Of a stretch of DNA of 64,000 nt, positions 48,626 to 57,902 are shown piece after piece (the first letter of the stretch is position 1; the number at the start of each line of letters is the position of its first letter). Location of the stretch: contig CALXYK010000007.1 in assembly GCA_944392955.1 (NCBI GenBank), forward strand, positions 11,003-75,002, written 5' to 3'. The notes under the pieces are model-generated. The model worked only from the letters and a program-made list of their open reading frames with translations, made no database searches and was not told the origin of the DNA. The position numbers were made by a program, and so were the translations under genes. Source of the stretch: an uncultured Alphaproteobacteria bacterium (lineage in GTDB: Bacteria; Pseudomonadota; Alphaproteobacteria; Rs-D84; CACZYB01).

Positions 48626-49871
48626 CTTTCTTTTTACACAAAGAGTTTTTTATTCCCCATCTATCGTGGACCCAAAACCATTGCGAAGGATTTTCTTTAA
48701 TCCAGCCCTCTATAATATCATTTATTTTTTGCATAGTTTTTATGGTATCGTTATCCTTGTTTTTAGATTTAAAAGGCATAAAAGGTTTATGGAATATGAT
48801 TTTATGATGTATTCCATTTACTCTTACTATCTGAACTGGTAAAATAGGACAATCAAAATGAGAAGATAATTTTGCAATACCAACAGGTGTTTTTACATCA
48901 ACACCAAAGAATTTAGTTTTAATTCCTGTCTGGAAATTTTGATCAGGAATTGCAAGTATTGCACTACCACTCATCAATATTTTCATTGCATCTCTGGTGC
49001 CATTTTGGGTATTAGGAACGAACTTTAACTTTCCTATACCATTACCAAAAGATTTAGTAATAATGTTATTAGTAAGATTATTGCTAGGATACTTATATAT
49101 AATTGAACAAGGAGCCTTATGCAAAGCAAAAGGTATAGCAATAAATCCCATAGTTCCAGAATGAGATAAACAAACAACATAAGGTTTATTTTTAAGTTCT
49201 TCTAAAATTTCGTCATTTTCAAAAGTAAGATATTTATCATAATTTCTATATATATATTGGAAATGAGCAGGTTCTGCGGTATATCGTCCTAAATTTTCCC
49301 ATACCTGTTTTCTAATTTTTTTTCTTTCTGCCAAAGATTTTTTTGGAAATGCAATTTTAAGGTTGGCATCTATCAGTTTATTATATTTTCCTTGGGTTTT
49401 TCCTATTAAAATTCCAATTTTCCCACCCAACCACGAAGCAAAAGTCGGAGGCAATAATTTAAATAATAAATAAAATACATGGGCAAAAAATGCTTCCAAT
49501 GGATGAGAAATAAATTTTTTAAAGAAAGTCTTTTTCTTATAAGGGAAGGATTTTTTATCCTCAAAATCTAAAACTGCACCTATTAATAATAACACATACA
49601 AAGTTTTTGCAAATATTGTTAGATTTCCCCTATCAAAATAAAATTTTTCTATTACCGTGAAACAACAAAGGAAAAATAAAACAAAATCTATCAAAGAAAA
49701 TAAATAGATTTTTTTTCGTTGTATAGATTGTTTTGCATATGCGATATAAGCAGGAAAGAAAACAAACAAAAACAATAAAATAAAAGAAGTAAAAGTTAAT
49801 TTTACTGGTAAAGTAGGGAGTAAATCAAAACTAAACTTATCCCATAAAGATTCTAAAAACATAATAACCAC
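48588..49871 (-). CDS. lipid A biosynthesis acyltransferase (LpxL/HtrB family) with a roughly 110-aa N-terminal TM extension
   Basis: LPLAT motifs LSHSGTMGF and AIPDQN (the PDQ motif). 427 aa. Confidence 0.6.
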   Translation of the reverse strand: MVIMFLESLWDKFSFDLLPTLPVKLTFTSFILLFLFVFFPAYIAYAKQSIQRKKIYLFSLIDFVLFFLCCFTVIEKFYFDRGNLTIFAKTLYVLLLIGAVLDFEDKKSFPYKKKTFFKKFISHPLEAFFAHVFYLLFKLLPPTFASWLGGKIGILIGKTQGKYNKLIDANLKIAFPKKSLAERKKIRKQVWENLGRYTAEPAHFQYIYRNYDKYLTFENDEILEELKNKPYVVCLSHSGTMGFIAIPFALHKAPCSIIYKYPSNNLTNNIITKSFGNGIGKLKFVPNTQNGTRDAMKILMSGSAILAIPDQNFQTGIKTKFFGVDVKTPVGIAKLSSHFDCPILPVQIVRVNGIHHKIIFHKPFMPFKSKNKDNDTIKTMQKINDIIEGWIKENPSQWFWVHDRWGIKNSLCKKKGAKNAKSKNYKK

Positions 49872-49949
49872 ACCTTTCTATTTTTACTTTTACTTTTACC
49901 TTAAATTCTGTTATAATACAAGGGAAAAATAAAATTTATTGGAGAAAAA

Positions 49950-50360
49950 ATGACAACACAAACAAAACATTTATCCGAAGATATGCAGAAAGTAATTCTT
50001 AAATCCACTGCAAAAATAACCGCGGGATATTTTTCGAATAATGAGGTAAAGGAAAACAAAATTTCCAGTATAATAGAAAATGTATACAGCACTCTTGTTT
50101 CTATTTCTGATAAAACTTCAAGTTATGCTTTGACTCCATTCGTTGATATAAAAGATTCTGTTAAACCTGATTATATAGTTTGTTTAGAAGATGGTAAAAA
50201 ATTAAAAATGTTAAAACGATACCTAAAAGCCAAATTCAATATGTCAGAATCAGAATATAAGGAAAAGTGGGGACTTCCACGGGATTATCCTATGATTGCC
50301 CCTAATTATGCAAAAAAACGTTCTATGTTAGCAAAAAAAAGTGGACTAGGGCAAAGATAA
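49950..50360 (+). CDS. MucR/Ros-family transcriptional regulator (zinc ligands largely replaced)
   Basis: C-terminus IVCLEDGKKLKMLKRYL...YKEKWGLPRDYPMIAPNYAKKRSMLAKKSGLGQR aligns to Ros87 IVCLECGGSFKSLKRHL...[25 protein letters not shown]. Confidence 0.8.
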   Translation: MTTQTKHLSEDMQKVILKSTAKITAGYFSNNEVKENKISSIIENVYSTLVSISDKTSSYALTPFVDIKDSVKPDYIVCLEDGKKLKMLKRYLKAKFNMSESEYKEKWGLPRDYPMIAPNYAKKRSMLAKKSGLGQR

Positions 50361-50444
50361 CCTATAAACACTCTTGAATTTTTAAGATAAATTTACTATA
50401 TAAAGCGTTATAACGTTATTATAGAAACAATTAGGATATCTTAA

Positions 50445-51587
50445 ATGTCAAAATCAGATTATTATGACTTATTAGGTGTTTCAAAAAGTGCATCTGCTGA
50501 TGAAATAAAAAAAGCATATCGTAAAATGGCTATGAAATACCATCCCGATAGAAATCAAGGAAATAAAGAAGCAGAAGCCAAGTTCAAGGAGATAAACGAA
50601 GCTTATGAGGTATTAAAGGATCCTCAGAAAAAGGCAGCATACGATCAATTTGGTCATTCTGCTTTTGAAAATGGTATGGGTGGTGCCGGTTCCCGAGGTG
50701 GATTTGGTGGATTTAATTCAGGTGGTTTTGATTTTAATTTTGGCGAAGGTTCTGGCTTTTCAGATATATTTTCTGATATTTTTTCAGATTTTATGGGTGG
50801 CAGTAATGCAAGAAGGGGCTCCGCAAGAAATAAAGGTCAAGATTTAAGATCCGATATAGTAATAACATTAGAAGAAGCATTCAAGGGAACATCTAAAACT
50901 CTTTCTTTCCGTCGTAATGGCAAATGTTCCAAATGTAATGGAAAGGGGGGTGAAAATGTTTCTACCTGTTCAAAATGTAAAGGTGCAGGTGTTATAAATA
51001 TAAGGCAAGGTTTTTTCATGACACAACAGGTATGTCCTGAATGTGGAGGAACCGGATTTATTGTAAAAAATCCATGTCATAATTGTAATGGTTCAGGAAT
51101 AGAAGTTGAAAATAAAACATTAGAGATAAAAATCCCCGCTGGTGTTGATAATGGAACAAAATTAAGAATAAATGGTGAAGGCGAAGCAGGTTTAGGAGGA
51201 AGTCCATCTGGTGATTTATATGTTTATATTATAGTTAAACCAAGCAAAGTTTTCACAAGAGAAGGTAAAAATTTATTTATAAATGTCCCTATATCATTTA
51301 CCGAGGCGGCATTAGGTGGCACAATAGAGGTTCCTATAATAGAAGGTGGCAAATCCGAAGTCCGAATTCCAAAGGGTATTCAAACAGGTGAAAAATTAAG
51401 GATGAGAGGCAAAGGAATGCCAGGTATAAATTCTTCAATAAGAGGGGATATGTTCCTTGATATAGTAGTTGAAACCCCTACAAAATTAACATCAAGACAA
51501 GAAGAATTGTTAAAAGAATTTGAAGAGGACAGAAGAAAGAACGGAAATTCAAAAAAATTCTTTGACAAAATAAAAGATTGGTTGTAA
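50445..51587 (+). CDS. dnaJ: chaperone DnaJ
   Basis: J domain with HPD. G/F region. Four CxxCxGxG repeats. 380 aa. Confidence 0.95.
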   Translation: MSKSDYYDLLGVSKSASADEIKKAYRKMAMKYHPDRNQGNKEAEAKFKEINEAYEVLKDPQKKAAYDQFGHSAFENGMGGAGSRGGFGGFNSGGFDFNFGEGSGFSDIFSDIFSDFMGGSNARRGSARNKGQDLRSDIVITLEEAFKGTSKTLSFRRNGKCSKCNGKGGENVSTCSKCKGAGVINIRQGFFMTQQVCPECGGTGFIVKNPCHNCNGSGIEVENKTLEIKIPAGVDNGTKLRINGEGEAGLGGSPSGDLYVYIIVKPSKVFTREGKNLFINVPISFTEAALGGTIEVPIIEGGKSEVRIPKGIQTGEKLRMRGKGMPGINSSIRGDMFLDIVVETPTKLTSRQEELLKEFEEDRRKNGNSKKFFDKIKDWL

Positions 51588-51625
51588 TCTTTGTCTAATA
51601 TAATTTAAATATTTAGGAAAAGATT

Positions 51626-52228
51626 ATGAATACTAAGAAAAAAGAGCATTTAATAGTTGATTGTGATGGAGTCCTTTTGGATCCCGTCCTTGGCTTTCTT
51701 AAATGGTTTTTGCTTCGTTTTCCTAATATAGATATAGTTAAAATTTTAAAAGGCAATGAGAATTTTTTCAATTATTGTATAGAATTATTTTATGAAAGTG
51801 ATGATTTCAAAAAAATCCCCATGATAAAGTCCGCAAAAAATCCAATACTATATTTAAAAGATTATTATAAATTAGATGTAGTTACATCTTGTGGTTCCAG
51901 TCAAAAAATTAAACAGGATAGAATTTCAAACCTTGAAAAATTATATGGAAAAAATACTTTTAATGAAATACATATTTTACCACTTGCTTATTCTAAACAG
52001 GATATTTATTCAAATTATGAAAAGCAAACCATAATAATAGATGATGAAATTACAAATATAAAAGATGCCGAAGACATAGGATACAAAAATGTTTATTTAA
52101 TGAAATACTATCCTTTTATAAGACAGGTATATTATAATTCATCTTATAATAAAACAAACAGAAAAAAACCAAATTATAATTGGAATCAAATAGTCAGTAT
52201 AATAAAACAAAAACACTTACAAAAATAA
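51626..52228 (+). CDS. HAD-like hydrolase (5'(3')-nucleotidase-like)
   Basis: HAD motif I IVDCDGVLLD. Confidence 0.4.
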   Translation: MNTKKKEHLIVDCDGVLLDPVLGFLKWFLLRFPNIDIVKILKGNENFFNYCIELFYESDDFKKIPMIKSAKNPILYLKDYYKLDVVTSCGSSQKIKQDRISNLEKLYGKNTFNEIHILPLAYSKQDIYSNYEKQTIIIDDEITNIKDAEDIGYKNVYLMKYYPFIRQVYYNSSYNKTNRKKPNYNWNQIVSIIKQKHLQK

Positions 52229-52232
52229 AGTA

Positions 52233-53627
52233 TTAGTATCCAGTCATTATCTGTTCAAACAATTCCTTTACCGTAGGGATAAAAGTTCCATTTTTATAAA
52301 AAGGATCAGTTTTAAACCTGTACGATATTTGACCAGAAAATAATAAACTATTATCAATATCAGATGTATGAGAGGCAATTTGTAAACTTTTTTGAATACA
52401 AAAGCTTCTTGGGTCTGGTTTTATATTCAAATTACCTCTTTGATCCCAGCCAGAAAACATACATGCAGACAAACAACCAACACAATTTTTCATATCAGTT
52501 ATTATGTCACTATATCTTTTAGGTGTTAAGAATAATAACGTATCAGAAGGAGTTTTCATAACACTTGAAAATCCATTTTCTATAAAGTTTTTAAATTTTT
52601 CTTTATCAGATTCGTTTATATAAACCGTTTTATTTAAGGATTTTATTTCAACAGGCACAGAAAATGCTTCATCTGTATTTTCTTCTTTAAATGATATTTG
52701 CCTTGTAAGTTGATCTTCCAATTCCTTTAATAATTTATTTTCAATTGCAGAAGAGTAAAGTCCAGTTGGAGAAAACCTTTGTAATTTTACCTCTCCCTTT
52801 TCAACATTTAAAAATTTCTTTTTTATATTATCAGACAACGGAGATTCAACAGTAACCATGGGTCTAGTTCCAAATTGAAAGGCAACAGGACCTATTTCAT
52901 CATTATTCATGTAATCAAGCCATTCCGAAAGCCACCAAATTCCGCCAGCAATAATAATAGGAACACTTTTAAGCCCTACCTCATTCATAAATTTTCGTAT
53001 TTCTATAAGACGTTGCATAGGTTTTTCAGGAGCATTAGGATTGTCGCTATTAGAAAGTCCATTATGTCCCCCTGCTACCCATGGATCTTCATATATAACG
53101 GCCCCAATCCACTCTTTAAATCTGCTGTAAGAACGTTTCCACAAAAGTTGTAAAACCCTTACAGAAGAAATGATAGGATTAAAGAAAACTTTATTTTCAG
53201 CACAAATATCGGCCAATTTAAAAGGCATTCCAGCCCCACAAGATATAGCTTTAATAGTTCCCTTTGCCTTTTCAAGAACGGATTTAAGTAATTCTTGTGA
53301 TCCACCTTGTTCCCAAAGGACATTCATAAATACAAGTCCATTTCCCCTTGACTCTTCGTGGGCAATTTTTGCCTGATCAAGACAGCCTTTTATCCCAAAG
53401 TCTATTAATTCCCTTTGTTTTTCAGCTCTACTTTTGCCTTTGAAAATAGGAGAAATAAACTTTCCATCTTCATCATAAAAATCAGGATTAACACCAGAAA
53501 AGGTTCCTGCCCCACCACAATTTGCCCACCTTCCTGAGGTAATTCCTGTTGATACATTTATTCCTTTACCACCTTCTATCAAAGGTAATATTTCTTTTCC
53601 TGCAATAAGTACACTATTTAAATTCAT
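52233..53627 (-). CDS. NMO-family FMN-dependent oxidoreductase (nitronate monooxygenase / FabK-like enoyl reductase fold), 464 aa with a C-terminal CxxC...C motif
   Basis: PIIIAGGI TIM-barrel FMN-binding motif. GAGMPF motif. C-terminal CVGCLSAC. Confidence 0.5.
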   Translation of the reverse strand: MNLNSVLIAGKEILPLIEGGKGINVSTGITSGRWANCGGAGTFSGVNPDFYDEDGKFISPIFKGKSRAEKQRELIDFGIKGCLDQAKIAHEESRGNGLVFMNVLWEQGGSQELLKSVLEKAKGTIKAISCGAGMPFKLADICAENKVFFNPIISSVRVLQLLWKRSYSRFKEWIGAVIYEDPWVAGGHNGLSNSDNPNAPEKPMQRLIEIRKFMNEVGLKSVPIIIAGGIWWLSEWLDYMNNDEIGPVAFQFGTRPMVTVESPLSDNIKKKFLNVEKGEVKLQRFSPTGLYSSAIENKLLKELEDQLTRQISFKEENTDEAFSVPVEIKSLNKTVYINESDKEKFKNFIENGFSSVMKTPSDTLLFLTPKRYSDIITDMKNCVGCLSACMFSGWDQRGNLNIKPDPRSFCIQKSLQIASHTSDIDNSLLFSGQISYRFKTDPFYKNGTFIPTVKELFEQIMTGY

Positions 53628-53778
53628 ACAAAACCCTTTTTTAAATTCTAAAACATCCTAACAAATAAAATAAAATAAGTCAAAACAAATAAATAAATTT
53701 TAATAGAAATATTTTCCTCTATTGCAAAATAAGTGTAATAAGTTATATAATATAAAAAATTAACAAAGGGTTAAATAT

Positions 53779-55254
53779 ATGAAATCATTTTTAGATTATT
53801 TTTTAATAGATAATACCAGTCTTTTTATGGGTATATCATCTTGTTTTCTATTTATATTAGGACTTATTAATACATTTGTTTTAATATACAAAAGATATAA
53901 TAAGAACAAGGATTTATCAAAAATAAAAGATTCTGACAGGGAATATAAATCTTCTCAATTAATAAACTTATTTTTAGGAAGTATTACATTACTATTTTTA
54001 GGGGTAATAAAATATGATTATTTTTTAAGTTTAGATGATACTTTAAATTCTTTATGGATATTATTTGCAATAATTTTAATGAATATAGTTTTCAAAACTT
54101 GTTTAATTTTTGCAAAAATAAAGGAAAAATATACACCTATTAAAAATACTTTTTTAAGATTAGTTGATAATTTTGTTATGGCAATAACAATAACACTTGG
54201 TTCATCAATTATAGCATCGCAAATTCCAATAGTTGAAATTTCAAAATTTTTCGGAACAGATGTATTAAGGTTTGATTTGATAAATTTGCCATTTTTACTT
54301 ATTACAAGTTTTATAATAAGTTCATCAATCAGTTTATTGCTACAAAGTTTTTTTATAAAGTTTTCAGATGATACAAGGACAAATATAAATGATTTTTTAA
54401 ATACAATAATACCGATACTGATAACTTTGATAATTACTATTTTTTATCCATTATCATATAATATGCTGATGGTAATTTCAATAGGGGCTTTATCTAAATA
54501 TATATTAGAAAAGGTTTCAACATTTATAAATAATAGGAAATTATTAGGTAAAAAAACTACACCTATTTTAAAAGTGTTATATCCTATTTCTAATATACTT
54601 TTTTCAAGTTTTTTTGATATAGCGGTAATAACGATTTTAGTTTTCAGTTGTTTAAATTATGCTGGTTTTTATGGTATTACTATTACATCATTAGGGTTAA
54701 TAAGTTCATTTATATTAACATCTAACATAAATATATACGAACACAAATCCGAAGTTTATAAGTACATAGCAAAAACAATAAACAATATTGCATTGTTTTA
54801 CATATTTTTTGAGACATTAGAATTTATATATAAAACTCAAATAAATATAAATATATTTTCAGATAATGTCATAATAGGTTTATTTACCAGTATAGTATTT
54901 ACAATTTTTAATACTTTAAAGATAATAAATTTGATAAAATATGTAAATATGCAAACTTCACGAATATATATTGCGATTCGCACGCTTTTATACATAATTT
55001 TATTTACTGCTTGTATTTCATATTTATTACCATATATAAACTATGAATTACTTGGTTCATTAGTATTAGGTTTAATTTTAATTACATCATTTATTTCAGT
55101 TTTACTAAATAATGCGATAGAGGTTTATAGTTTACAAAATAACAAAGATACAGTGGTATGCACCACATTAAAAAATTCAGTATTACCTTTAACAAATCAA
55201 ATAACGACAATATTAATAATAATAACAATATTACTTTTACCAATAATAAAATAG
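53779..55254 (+). CDS. polytopic integral membrane protein (hypothetical, at least 10 predicted TM segments)
   Basis: 491-aa ORF that is hydrophobic throughout. Translationally coupled to the downstream HD-domain gene. Confidence 0.4.
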   Translation: MKSFLDYFLIDNTSLFMGISSCFLFILGLINTFVLIYKRYNKNKDLSKIKDSDREYKSSQLINLFLGSITLLFLGVIKYDYFLSLDDTLNSLWILFAIILMNIVFKTCLIFAKIKEKYTPIKNTFLRLVDNFVMAITITLGSSIIASQIPIVEISKFFGTDVLRFDLINLPFLLITSFIISSSISLLLQSFFIKFSDDTRTNINDFLNTIIPILITLIITIFYPLSYNMLMVISIGALSKYILEKVSTFINNRKLLGKKTTPILKVLYPISNILFSSFFDIAVITILVFSCLNYAGFYGITITSLGLISSFILTSNINIYEHKSEVYKYIAKTINNIALFYIFFETLEFIYKTQININIFSDNVIIGLFTSIVFTIFNTLKIINLIKYVNMQTSRIYIAIRTLLYIILFTACISYLLPYINYELLGSLVLGLILITSFISVLLNNAIEVYSLQNNKDTVVCTTLKNSVLPLTNQITTILIIITILLLPIIK

Positions 55255-55262
55255 GTGGAATA

Positions 55263-56033
55263 ATGAACAATATTTACGAAGCAACGAAATTGATAGGAGA
55301 TACCTATTCAGAACAGATTAAAAATCAAAGTCCAGAAGTTATAAAATACTTAGTCCATAAGTTAAAACATACATTCGGAGTAAGTTATGAAATTATGAAT
55401 ATATTTTATGCTGAAAAAGATTTATATTCATCATTTTCAGATACAGAAAAGGAATTAGTAGAACTTTCAGGAATCCTTCATGATTTAGGAAGATTTTATC
55501 AACATTCAGATGGGCATATACTGGATAATCATATTTTTAATCACGGGAAATATGCAGTAGATTTATTATCCAAAATAGAAAGGTTTAATAATCCAATACT
55601 TTTATTTGCAATAGAATCTCATAATGGATTAGCAATAAATTACGATAATCCTTTTTATAAACAATTATCGGAACAGGATAAATATACAGCAATGCAAATC
55701 GCAAAATTATTAAGAGATGCAGATAAACTTGAAAACATAAAGTTTTTTATCTACAACGGTATGCCTGCATTAGTTGCAGATAATGATAAGGGGACATTAT
55801 CCGATTCGGTGAAAGAAGCATTAAAAAATCATAAGCAAGTTGATTATAAAATCATACAAACAAAAAGTGACAGGGTTACAAATGGTCTTTCTTGGATAAA
55901 TGATATATATTTTGACAGCACAAAAAAAATTATAAAAGATATTGGTTTTATAGAAAAGGGAATACAGGTTGCTAAATTATATGGTGCGACTGAGCAAGAT
56001 TGTGAATTTTTAAAGGAAGTCTTGGTGATATAA
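55263..56033 (+). CDS. HD-domain phosphohydrolase
   Basis: HDLGR...H...D motifs. ATG at 55263 preceded by GGTGGA SD. The upstream 35 codons in the ORF track are low-complexity N-runs. Confidence 0.6.
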   Translation: MNNIYEATKLIGDTYSEQIKNQSPEVIKYLVHKLKHTFGVSYEIMNIFYAEKDLYSSFSDTEKELVELSGILHDLGRFYQHSDGHILDNHIFNHGKYAVDLLSKIERFNNPILLFAIESHNGLAINYDNPFYKQLSEQDKYTAMQIAKLLRDADKLENIKFFIYNGMPALVADNDKGTLSDSVKEALKNHKQVDYKIIQTKSDRVTNGLSWINDIYFDSTKKIIKDIGFIEKGIQVAKLYGATEQDCEFLKEVLVI

Positions 56034-56034
56034 T

Positions 56035-56724
56035 ATGGATAATATACATAAGCAAAAGACATTTTTTGGTCGTCGTAAAGGTAAGGGGATGAGTAAGGCA
56101 AAGGAACTTTTACTTGAAGATTATTTGCCAAAATTTGGGATTACTCTTCCATTAAACGGGACAATAGATTTTTCTAAGTTATTTGATTTCAAACCTAAAA
56201 AATATGTATTTGAAATAGGTTATGGCGACGGCGAGCATATAGTAAATATGGCCCTTAAAAATCCAGACATTGCTTTTATAGGAACCGAAGTTTTTATAAA
56301 TGGAAATGCCTCTTTGATAAAAAAGATTATTGCTAATGACATTAAAAATATCCGTGTTTTTCCAGATGATGTCAATTTACTTTTCCCATATCTTCCAGAT
56401 GAAATTTTCTCCACTATATTTATTTTATATCCTGATCCTTGGCCTAAAAACAGAAACGAAGAAAGACGAATGATTAACAAAAATAATATAGAAATATTTT
56501 CAAAATTATTAAAACATGATGGAAACCTTGTTGTAGTAAGTGATCACCCTGTTTATATACCTTGGGTTTTAATGGTTATGTCAAAGCAAAATAACTTTTT
56601 GTGGACCGCGGAAAAATCTTCTGACTTTACAAATCCACCTCTTGATTGGGAAACGACAAAGTATGAAAGAAAAGCAATTTCAGAAAACAGAAAACCAATT
56701 TATCTTAATTTTATAAAAAAATAA
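56035..56724 (+). CDS. trmB: tRNA (guanine46-N7)-methyltransferase TrmB
   Basis: FEIGYGDGEH SAM-binding motif. 229 aa. Confidence 0.88.
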   Translation: MDNIHKQKTFFGRRKGKGMSKAKELLLEDYLPKFGITLPLNGTIDFSKLFDFKPKKYVFEIGYGDGEHIVNMALKNPDIAFIGTEVFINGNASLIKKIIANDIKNIRVFPDDVNLLFPYLPDEIFSTIFILYPDPWPKNRNEERRMINKNNIEIFSKLLKHDGNLVVVSDHPVYIPWVLMVMSKQNNFLWTAEKSSDFTNPPLDWETTKYERKAISENRKPIYLNFIKK

Positions 56725-56800
56725 AGAAAGTTATTGAAAAATCAATATGAAATGAGGTAATATATAAAAGAATTAAATTTATATTGATAAGGAAATAAAA

Positions 56801-57844
56801 ATGAAGTTTGAAATGAAAAAAAGTTTGTCTTTATTGGCAGTAGTTTTAATATCATCTTTCGGATGCACTTCATCGGATATTGATAAGGAAATACCTTTAT
56901 CATCAGAGTCATTGGTAGACCAAGGTGTAGTGTACAAAAGTGAAACTGTAAAGGTTGATGTTGAAAAAATTTCCGTGCCAAAGGCAAATCTTGATTCTCC
57001 TACAACTGATACCGAACTTTCAGAGGAAGAAGTAGAAAAAACCAAAGTAGTTGAAACAACAACACCAGTTAAACAAAAGGAAGAGGTTGCACAACCAACT
57101 CAAACTTCATCAAATGAAACAGATTCTTCAAAGGCAGATATTAAAAATACTCAAAAAGAAAACACTGCTGATTCAAAGGAAGAAATAAAAGTAATAGTTC
57201 CTCCACCTGCTGAAAATGATTCTACTATCAATTTTGTAGAAAGTTCATATACAACAACAAATGCAGGAAGGTCATCTGATGACATTGCTTTTGAAATGGC
57301 AGTTATGCAGGCAGAACGAAGAAGAGGTATTACCCCTTCTAAAAAGGTTGAACAAAAGGTTCAATCTGCAACTTCTGTTTCTGAGAATACAACATCATCT
57401 GTTTTGGTAAAAGATGATAACATGTTGGTTGCAAAATCCAGTTTTGATAAAAAGTTAAAAGTAAAACCTTTGGAAAAGGAAAGAAATATAACTTTTTTAA
57501 GTACTATCGTTTATCATTCAAATACAAAGGCCGACATTTCATCAAAGGATATGAAGGCATTAAAAAATGTTGTTAAATTTGCAAAGGAACACGATGGTAT
57601 AATCAGGGTTGTTGGAAATTCATCCAGTCGTTCAAAGAATATGAAGGAAATAGAAAACAAAATTGCGAATTTTGATCTTTCGTTATTAAGGGCACAAAGG
57701 ATAAAGGATGCACTTGTTAAATATGGTTTCCCATCTGATAAAATATTTATAAGTGCAGTATCAGATACAGAAAAAATTGTTGAAGAAAATATGCCTATAA
57801 ACGAAGCAATAAACAGAAGAACAGAAATTTACATAAATTATTAA
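56801..57844 (+). CDS. OmpA-family lipoprotein (peptidoglycan-associated, Pal-like C-terminal domain)
   Basis: Lipobox SSFGC. Low-complexity acidic linker. C-terminal OmpA-like domain with NRRTEI. Confidence 0.7.
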   Translation: MKFEMKKSLSLLAVVLISSFGCTSSDIDKEIPLSSESLVDQGVVYKSETVKVDVEKISVPKANLDSPTTDTELSEEEVEKTKVVETTTPVKQKEEVAQPTQTSSNETDSSKADIKNTQKENTADSKEEIKVIVPPPAENDSTINFVESSYTTTNAGRSSDDIAFEMAVMQAERRRGITPSKKVEQKVQSATSVSENTTSSVLVKDDNMLVAKSSFDKKLKVKPLEKERNITFLSTIVYHSNTKADISSKDMKALKNVVKFAKEHDGIIRVVGNSSSRSKNMKEIENKIANFDLSLLRAQRIKDALVKYGFPSDKIFISAVSDTEKIVEENMPINEAINRRTEIYINY

Positions 57845-57851
57845 CAAGATA

Positions 57852-57880
57852 AAGGTAGTTATTGCTACCTTTTTTATTTT
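57852..57880 (+). terminator. rho-independent terminator
   Basis: Stem AGGTAG/CTACCT with loop TTATTG, followed by TTTTTATTTT. Confidence 0.7.
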
Positions 57881-57902
57881 ACATATAGAGAGAGAATATT
57901 AG

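Noticed and set aside
47762-49871. The 38-nt overlap between the lpxL-family gene and lpxC, considered as a frameshift or pseudogene.
   Set aside because: Both reading frames are intact with conserved motifs. Short overlaps are common in compact genomes. The lpxC start may be a few codons downstream.
55158-55262. The upstream extension of the HD-domain ORF.
   Set aside because: It translates to an N-run low-complexity peptide. The ATG at 55263 has a good SD and avoids a 97-nt overlap with the upstream gene.
55263-56033. HD-domain protein considered as a Cas3 HD nuclease or CRISPR-associated gene.
   Set aside because: There is no helicase domain, no cas neighbours and no repeat-spacer array anywhere in the window.
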